From positions 5,857,356 through 5,921,355 of the forward strand of contig NZ_CP079946.1 of NCBI RefSeq assembly GCF_019968905.1: DNA of 64,000 nt. The letters run 5' to 3'. Shown one piece after another: positions 55,862 to 64,000 of this stretch; positions within the stretch are counted from its first letter, which is position 1; the number at the start of each line of letters is the position of its first letter. The notes beneath the pieces were generated by a model, which was not told the origin of the DNA, made no database searches, and saw only the letters and a program-made list of their open reading frames with translations. Made by a program: the position numbers and the translations under genes. Source of the stretch: Corallococcus sp. EGB (GTDB lineage: Bacteria; Myxococcota; Myxococcia; Myxococcales; Myxococcaceae).

Positions 55862-56761
55862 GTGGAAGCCTCTTTTCTCGACCGCGGCGCCGCGCTCCAG
55901 GAGCGCAACCGGAAGGTCCGCTTCGTCCTCCTGGCCATCCTCGTGGCCAACTGGGTGGTGGCCATGGCCAAGCTCGTCTTCGGCCTGATGGCCCAGTCCG
56001 CGTCGGTGACGGCGGATGGCCTGCACTCGTTCATCGATGGCAGCTCCAACGTGCTGGGCCTCGTCGCCATGGGCGTCGCGTCGCAGCCGGCGGACGAGGA
56101 CCACCCCTACGGCCACGGCAAGTTCGAGGCGCTCGCGTCGCTGGGCATCGGCGCGATGATTGGCGTGGGCATGCTGGAGCTGGGGCGCATGGCGTTCGAC
56201 TCGCTCCTGCACGACAAGCACCCCACGGTGTCGGTGACGATGGCGGCGGTGATGGTCTGCACGCTCGTCATCAACCTGGCCGTGACGCGCGTGGAGCGGC
56301 ACTACGGGGAGAAGCTGAAGAGCTCGCTGCTGCTCGCGGACGCGCAGCACACGCTGTCGGACGTGTTCGTGAGCATCGCGGTGCTCATCTCCATTGGCCT
56401 GGTGGCCCTGGGCTTTCCGCGCGCGGACGGCCTCGTCGCCCTGGCCGTGATGGTCTTCGTGGCACGCGTGGCCTACGGCATCGTCCGGCAGGCGGTGGGC
56501 ATCCTCTCCGACACGGCGCGCCTGGATCCGGCGCAGGTGACCCAGCACACGCTGTCGGTGGCGGGCGTGCGCTCGTGCCGCGATGTACGCAGCCGGGGCA
56601 TGGAGGAGAGCGTGTACGTGGACCTGAAGATCGAGGTCGACCCGCAGCTCACCACCGCGCAGGCCCACGAGGTCGCGGACAAGGTGGAGGAGACGCTGCA
56701 GGGCGCCTATCCGCAGGTGGTGGACGTGGTGGTCCACGTGGAGCCCGCGAGGGCCCGCTAG
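55862..56761 (+). CDS. Cation diffusion facilitator family transporter
   Basis: 299 aa; six TM helices, HSFIDGSS and DEDHPYGHGKFEA metal-site motifs, C-terminal cytoplasmic domain. GTG start. Confidence 0.85.
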   Translation: MEASFLDRGAALQERNRKVRFVLLAILVANWVVAMAKLVFGLMAQSASVTADGLHSFIDGSSNVLGLVAMGVASQPADEDHPYGHGKFEALASLGIGAMIGVGMLELGRMAFDSLLHDKHPTVSVTMAAVMVCTLVINLAVTRVERHYGEKLKSSLLLADAQHTLSDVFVSIAVLISIGLVALGFPRADGLVALAVMVFVARVAYGIVRQAVGILSDTARLDPAQVTQHTLSVAGVRSCRDVRSRGMEESVYVDLKIEVDPQLTTAQAHEVADKVEETLQGAYPQVVDVVVHVEPARAR

Positions 56762-56783
56762 AAGAAACACGAAGGCCGCCTTC
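56762..56783 (-). terminator. Putative terminator after gcvP (possibly bidirectional with the CDF gene)
   Basis: Short GAAGG-ccg-CCTTC hairpin followed on the minus strand by UGUUUCUU; lies between convergent stops at 56761 and 56834. Confidence 0.35.
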
Positions 56784-56833
56784 CGATGCGCTGGAAGACG
56801 GCCCCGGTGCGTCAGGTCAGCGAGCTTCGAACG

Positions 56834-59767
<2,934 letters not shown>

Positions 59768-59849
59768 GAAGGTCGGCGTCCGAGCGGGCTCGGTGCCACA
59801 TGGAGCGTCTCTAACAACCGGGACGCCGGACTTCTTGCGCGCGCGGTGG

Positions 59850-60233
59850 CTACTTGGTGTGCGGCTCGTAGGCAGCGGCGTCCAGGAGCTTGTCCACCTG
59901 GCTGGCGTCCGAGGGCTCGATCTCCACGATCCACCCCTTCCCGTACGGGTCGGAGTTGATGAGGGACGGGCTGCCCGTGAGGTCCTCGTTCACCTTCACC
60001 ACGGTGCCGGAGATGGGGGCGTACAGGTCCGAAACGGCCTTGGTGGACTCGATGACGCCGAAGTTCTTGCCCTCGGTGAGCGTGGCGCCCAGCTTCGGCA
60101 GCTCCACGTACACGACGTCGCCCAGCGACTCCTGGGCGTGGTGCGTGACGCCCACCACCACGGTCTTGCCCGTGGCACGGGCCCACTCGTGCTCCTTCGT
60201 GTACTTCAGGTCCTGCGGGATGGTGTCAGACAT
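59850..60233 (-). CDS. gcvH: Glycine cleavage system H protein
   Basis: ATG at 60233 gives [18 protein letters not shown]...; lipoyl-lysine motif [12 protein letters not shown]; 127 aa. Confidence 0.95.
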   Translation of the reverse strand: MSDTIPQDLKYTKEHEWARATGKTVVVGVTHHAQESLGDVVYVELPKLGATLTEGKNFGVIESTKAVSDLYAPISGTVVKVNEDLTGSPSLINSDPYGKGWIVEIEPSDASQVDKLLDAAAYEPHTK

Positions 60234-60271
60234 GGAGGCGGCTCCTCGCAACAGGTGCGAACGGGAGGGAA

Positions 60272-61357
60272 TCAGGACTTCTTGAGGAAGGGGGTCTTGA
60301 CGACGACGGCGGGCACGGCGCGGCCGCGGATCTCCACGTCGAAGGTGGAGCCTTCCGTGGCGAGGTTCGCGGGCACGTAGCCCATGCCGATGGACTTCTT
60401 CACCGTGGGGCCCATGGTGCCGCTGGTGACCTCGCCCACGCGGGCGCCGTCCTTGAGGAGGGGGTAGCCGTGGCGCGGGATGCCGGCGCCCGTGAGCTCG
60501 AAGCCCACGAGCTTGCGCTCCACGCCCCTGGCCTTCTGCGCGACGAGCGCGTCCTTGCCGATGAAGCCGCCCGCCTTGTCCAGCTTGACGATCCACCCCA
60601 GGCCCGCCTCCAGCGCGGTGTGCGAGTCGTCGATGTCATTGCCGTACAGCGCGTACTTCATCTCCGTGCGCAGCGAGTCGCGCGCGCCCAGGCCGCAGGG
60701 CTTCACGCCGTCCGGCTGCCCGGCCTCCAGCAGCGCGTCCCAGAGCTTCACCGCGTCGCCGGCGGCGCAGTACAGCTCGAAGCCGTCCTCGCCGGTGTAG
60801 CCCGTGCGGGAGATGATGGCCTTCACGCCGGCCACCTCCCCTTCGGTGAAGCGGTAGGTGCCCACCTTGGACAGGTCCGCCCGCGTGAGGCGCTGCACCA
60901 GGTCCACGGCCTTGGGGCCCTGGATGGCGATCTGCGCGAACTCGTCGCTGCGGTCCACCGGGGTGACGCCCTCCGCGCGCGCCTTCATCCAGGTGAAGTC
61001 CTTCTCGCGGTTGCTCGAGTTGACGCAGATGAGGATGCGCTCGGGGCTGAAGCGGTAGGCGACGACGTCGTCGACGAAGCCGCCCACGTCGTTGAGCAGG
61101 CCCGCGTAGACGGCCTGTCCGTCCTGGATGCGGGCGAGGTCGTTGGAGATGAGCCGGTTCACGGTCTCCAGCGCGCCGGGGCCGGTGAACTCAATCTCCC
61201 CCATGTGGGAGACGTCGAAGAGGCCGACGGCGTTGCGCACGGCTTCGTGCTCGCCGATGACGGACGAGTACTGCACCGGCATGTCCCAGCCCGCGAAGTC
61301 GACCATGCGGGCCCCCAGTTTGCGGTGGGCCTCGTTGAGGGGCGTACGCCGGGTCAT
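60272..61357 (-). CDS. gcvT: Glycine cleavage system aminomethyltransferase T
   Basis: ATG at 61357 with a GGAGA RBS gives [30 protein letters not shown]; 361 aa. Confidence 0.9.
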   Translation of the reverse strand: MTRRTPLNEAHRKLGARMVDFAGWDMPVQYSSVIGEHEAVRNAVGLFDVSHMGEIEFTGPGALETVNRLISNDLARIQDGQAVYAGLLNDVGGFVDDVVAYRFSPERILICVNSSNREKDFTWMKARAEGVTPVDRSDEFAQIAIQGPKAVDLVQRLTRADLSKVGTYRFTEGEVAGVKAIISRTGYTGEDGFELYCAAGDAVKLWDALLEAGQPDGVKPCGLGARDSLRTEMKYALYGNDIDDSHTALEAGLGWIVKLDKAGGFIGKDALVAQKARGVERKLVGFELTGAGIPRHGYPLLKDGARVGEVTSGTMGPTVKKSIGMGYVPANLATEGSTFDVEIRGRAVPAVVVKTPFLKKS

Positions 61358-61458
61358 TGACATCTCCATTGGACAGGGGGGAGGTGAAACGGCGCGGACT
61401 ATAGCGGCGCACCTTCTCCGATCAAGGCCGACGCGGAAGGGACTAAGCTGCCGCGAAC

Positions 61459-62331
61459 ATGAAGATCCGCAACTGCCTCAACCCCTCCAAGCCGAGCTTC
61501 TCCTTCGAGTTTTTTCCTCCCAAGACGGACGCCGGCGTGGCCTCGCTCCTGCGCACGGTGGAGGAGCTTGCGCCGCTGGAGCCGGGGTTCGTGTCGGTGA
61601 CGTACGGGGCGGGCGGGAGCACGCGCGACCGGACGGTGGAGTTGGTCACCCACATCAAGCAGCACTCCGGCATCGAGGCGATGGCGCACCTGACGTGCGT
61701 GGGGCACACCCGCGACGAGCTCCGTGACGTGCTGCGCCGGCTCGACGCGGCAGGCATCGAGAACGTTCTCCTCTTGCGAGGGGACCCGCCCCAGGGGCAG
61801 GCGACCTTCGAGCCGGTGCCTGGGGGTTTCCGCTACGCGGAGGAGTTGGTCCGATTCGTCCGAGAAGAGGATTTCAACTTCTGCATCGGGGGTGCGTGCT
61901 ATCCGGAGGGCCACGTGGAGACGGCGTCGCGCGAGGACGACCTCAAGCACCTGAAGGCCAAGGTGGATGCGGGGATGGACTTCGTGGTGACGCAGCTCTT
62001 CTTCGACAACGCCTTCTATTTCGATTTCGTGGAGCGGGCGCGGCGGGTGGGCATCAATGTCCCCATCGTTCCCGGCATCATGCCCATCACCAACTACGAG
62101 CAGGTCCAGCGCTTCACGCGCATGTGCGGCGCGACAGTGCCCATGCGCCTGGCGTTGCAGATGGAGCGCGTGAAGGATCAGCCGGACGCGGTGGTACAGC
62201 TGGGCGTGGCGCACGCCACGGTGCAGTGCATGGAGCTTCTGGCGCGCGGCGTGCCGGGCATCCACTTCTACACACTGAACAAGTCCCCCGCGACGCGGAT
62301 GATCGTGGGCGCGCTGAAGGTGCGGTCATGA
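61459..62331 (+). CDS. metF: 5,10-methylenetetrahydrofolate reductase
   Basis: 290 aa; FSFEFFPPKT...VSVTYGAGGSTR...HLTC... are MetF hallmarks. Confidence 0.9.
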   Translation: MKIRNCLNPSKPSFSFEFFPPKTDAGVASLLRTVEELAPLEPGFVSVTYGAGGSTRDRTVELVTHIKQHSGIEAMAHLTCVGHTRDELRDVLRRLDAAGIENVLLLRGDPPQGQATFEPVPGGFRYAEELVRFVREEDFNFCIGGACYPEGHVETASREDDLKHLKAKVDAGMDFVVTQLFFDNAFYFDFVERARRVGINVPIVPGIMPITNYEQVQRFTRMCGATVPMRLALQMERVKDQPDAVVQLGVAHATVQCMELLARGVPGIHFYTLNKSPATRMIVGALKVRS

Positions 62332-62750
62332 GCGGTCCGGGTCCCCAGCTGGCGCCGAATGATCCGCGCTTCAAGATCTTCCAGATCGTGCGCTTCCCGG
62401 CGTTCTTCCTGCTCATCGTGGGCGTGCTGCACGTCGCCTTCAGCCTGCTGGGCGCGACGCTGGCGGCGCTGAAGGTGGCGTCGCCCTTCTCGACGCCGGG
62501 GCAGGCGCCGGTGGTGCTGGAGTTCACGGTGGGTTTCTCGCTGGCCATCGTGGGCGGAGTCCTCTGCGGGCTGCTGGCCATCTGGGGCGCGTTGAACGCG
62601 ATGAAGCTCAAGGGCTACGGCCTGGCGACGGTGGGCGCCATCTGCGCGATGTACACGCTGACGCCGGGGTGCTTCATCGGCGTGCCGGTGGCGGTGTGGA
62701 TGCTCTTCACGCTGCGCCGTGAGGGGGTGCGCGAGGCCTTCGCGCCATGA
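62328..62750 (+). CDS. Small integral membrane protein (4 predicted TM helices), unknown function
   Basis: ATG at 62328 overlaps the metF stop (ATGA), and its stop overlaps the hom start (ATGA). 140 aa, hydrophobic helices FPAFFLLIVGVLHVAF / LAIVGGVLCGLLAIWGAL / FIGVPVAVWMLF. Confidence 0.5.
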   Translation: MSGPGPQLAPNDPRFKIFQIVRFPAFFLLIVGVLHVAFSLLGATLAALKVASPFSTPGQAPVVLEFTVGFSLAIVGGVLCGLLAIWGALNAMKLKGYGLATVGAICAMYTLTPGCFIGVPVAVWMLFTLRREGVREAFAP

Positions 62751-63802
62751 GCCCGCGCGCCGTCCGCACGGTGCGCTTCGTGCTCACGGGGCTGGGCCAC
62801 GTGGGTGTGCCGCTGCTGGAGATCCTCCAGTCGCGCGCGTCGCTGCTGATGGAGCGCTACCGGCTGGAGCTGTTGCCGGTGGGGCTGGCGGACTCGGGTG
62901 GAGCGGCGGTGGCGCCGCAGGGGTTGGACATCGGGGCGGTGCTCGCGGTGAAGCGGGCGAGGCACTCGGTGGCGTCGCTGCCGGTGGTGGGGCGTCCGGG
63001 GATGAGCGGGCGCGAGCTGGTGCGCGAGGTGAAGGCGGACCTCCTGCTGGAGGCCACGCCCACGAGCTTCCAGGATGGACAGCCCGGGTTGGACATCACG
63101 CGGGAAGCGCTGATGCGGGGCATGGCGGCGGTGCTCGCGAGCAAGGGGCCGCTGGTGTTGGGGTTCCAGGAGCTGGCGCACTTGAGCGACCTGGAGTCGC
63201 CGGGCCGCCCTCCCCTGCGCTTCAGCGCGGCGGTAGGCGCGTCGATGCCGCTGGTGAACGTGGGCCGCAGGGACCTGGCGCTGGGGAAGTTGGGCCGGTT
63301 CGAGGGCGTGCTCAACAGCACCAGCCACCTGCTCCTGTGCCGCATGGCGGAGGGCAGGACGTACGAGGCCGCGCTGGCGGAGGCGCAGGCGCTGGGCATC
63401 GCGGAGACGGACCCCACGCTGGACGTGGATGGTTGGGACACGGCGGGCAAGCTGGTCATCCTGGCCAACGCGGTGATGCGCGTGCCCACGGCGCTGAAGG
63501 ACGTGTCCGTGACGGGCATGCGTGGCGTGACGCGGACGGCACTGGACGCGGCGAAGGCGAAAGGCGGCCAGGTGCTGCTGCTGGCTCGCGGGGAGCCCGT
63601 GGGCCCGGAGCGGTGGGAGTGGAGCGTGAAGCCCACCGCCGTGGACGCGGCCCATCCCCTGGCCCGGCTGGGCGCGATGGAGATGGGCGCGGTGTTCCGC
63701 AGCGACCTGCACGGCGTGAACACCGTCATCAACGGTGAGCAGGGCGCCCGGGGCACGGGCGCGGCGATGTTGAAGGACGTACTCGAAATCTTCCCGGACT
63801 GA
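62747..63802 (+). CDS. hom: Homoserine dehydrogenase
   Basis: 351 aa; NAD-binding VRFVLTGLGHVG, catalytic-domain motifs. Confidence 0.8.
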   Translation: MSPRAVRTVRFVLTGLGHVGVPLLEILQSRASLLMERYRLELLPVGLADSGGAAVAPQGLDIGAVLAVKRARHSVASLPVVGRPGMSGRELVREVKADLLLEATPTSFQDGQPGLDITREALMRGMAAVLASKGPLVLGFQELAHLSDLESPGRPPLRFSAAVGASMPLVNVGRRDLALGKLGRFEGVLNSTSHLLLCRMAEGRTYEAALAEAQALGIAETDPTLDVDGWDTAGKLVILANAVMRVPTALKDVSVTGMRGVTRTALDAAKAKGGQVLLLARGEPVGPERWEWSVKPTAVDAAHPLARLGAMEMGAVFRSDLHGVNTVINGEQGARGTGAAMLKDVLEIFPD

Positions 63803-63810
63803 GGGCTTCA

Positions 63811-64000
63811 GCCCAGGGACTTCATGAGCCGCTCCAGGAGCGGCTCCACGAGTTCCTGTCCGCGCAGCTGGGAACGCCAGCGGTGCGGAATCCCGTTCAG
63901 GCCGTGGATGAGGCCCGCGATGCCGCCCGCGACCGCGGCCGTCGTGTCCGTGTCGTGGCCCAGCCGGATGGCGGATCTGACGACCTCTTCGTAGGTCTTC
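63811..64000 (-). CDS. ADP-ribosylglycohydrolase family protein (C-terminal fragment; gene continues beyond window end)
   Basis: The reverse translation of the last 190 nt ends ...AIRLGHDTDTTAAVAGGIAGLIHGLNGIPHRWRSQL... with a stop at 63811. GHDTDTTAA...AGA matches the ARH/DraG metal-site motif. Confidence 0.5.

Noticed and set aside
61358-61458. Possible glycine riboswitch in the gcvT leader
   Set aside because: Only ~100 nt are available, and I could not find the conserved GGAGAG / ACCGAAGGGGCAA cores on the minus-strand transcript. Left as unverified; needs an Rfam scan.

Overview
High-GC chromosomal segment with Myxococcales-like gene content (Tad/Kil-like pilus genes, a PEGA-domain Ser/Thr kinase, TIGR01837-type phasin paralogs, many lipoproteins). 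Almost everything from bp 1 to about 39.2 kb is on the minus strand. The core is a long housekeeping array read from high to low coordinate: tRNA-Thr/Tyr/Gly/Thr, tuf, rpmG, tRNA-Trp, secE, nusG, rplK-rplA-rplJ-rplL, rpoB-rpoC. This is followed by two phasin-like genes, a lytic transglycosylase, envelope lipoproteins, recO, a PfkB sugar kinase, a tandem pair of Pol-beta-type nucleotidyltransferases, a PEGA Ser/Thr kinase, glyQ-glyS, and two paralogous beta-propeller lipoproteins. The window begins with the edge of a Tad/Flp-like secretion cluster (FHA protein, prepilin peptidase, secretin). The second half contains rlmB, rimK, a vWA lipoprotein, DsrE-like, HEAT and HAD genes, an acidic AT-hook protein, hrpB, a GNAT acetyltransferase, a FliK/Flg_hook-like orphan, fdxA, asd, a rhodanese, an acyl-CoA dehydrogenase, tRNA-Cys, a beta-helix lipoprotein, a SpoIID-like lipoprotein, a TonB-like protein, a CDF transporter, gcvT-gcvH-gcvP, and a divergent metF-small membrane protein-hom operon. 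The window ends in a fragment of an ADP-ribosylglycohydrolase-family gene. No rRNA, CRISPR or mobile elements were seen. The most unusual accessory content is the translationally coupled nucleotidyltransferase pair with the PfkB kinase downstream of recO, the lipoprotein pair beside the Tad/Kil-like genes, and a FliK-like C-terminal domain protein. Most long ORFs antisense to real genes in the six-frame track are GC-driven artefacts.
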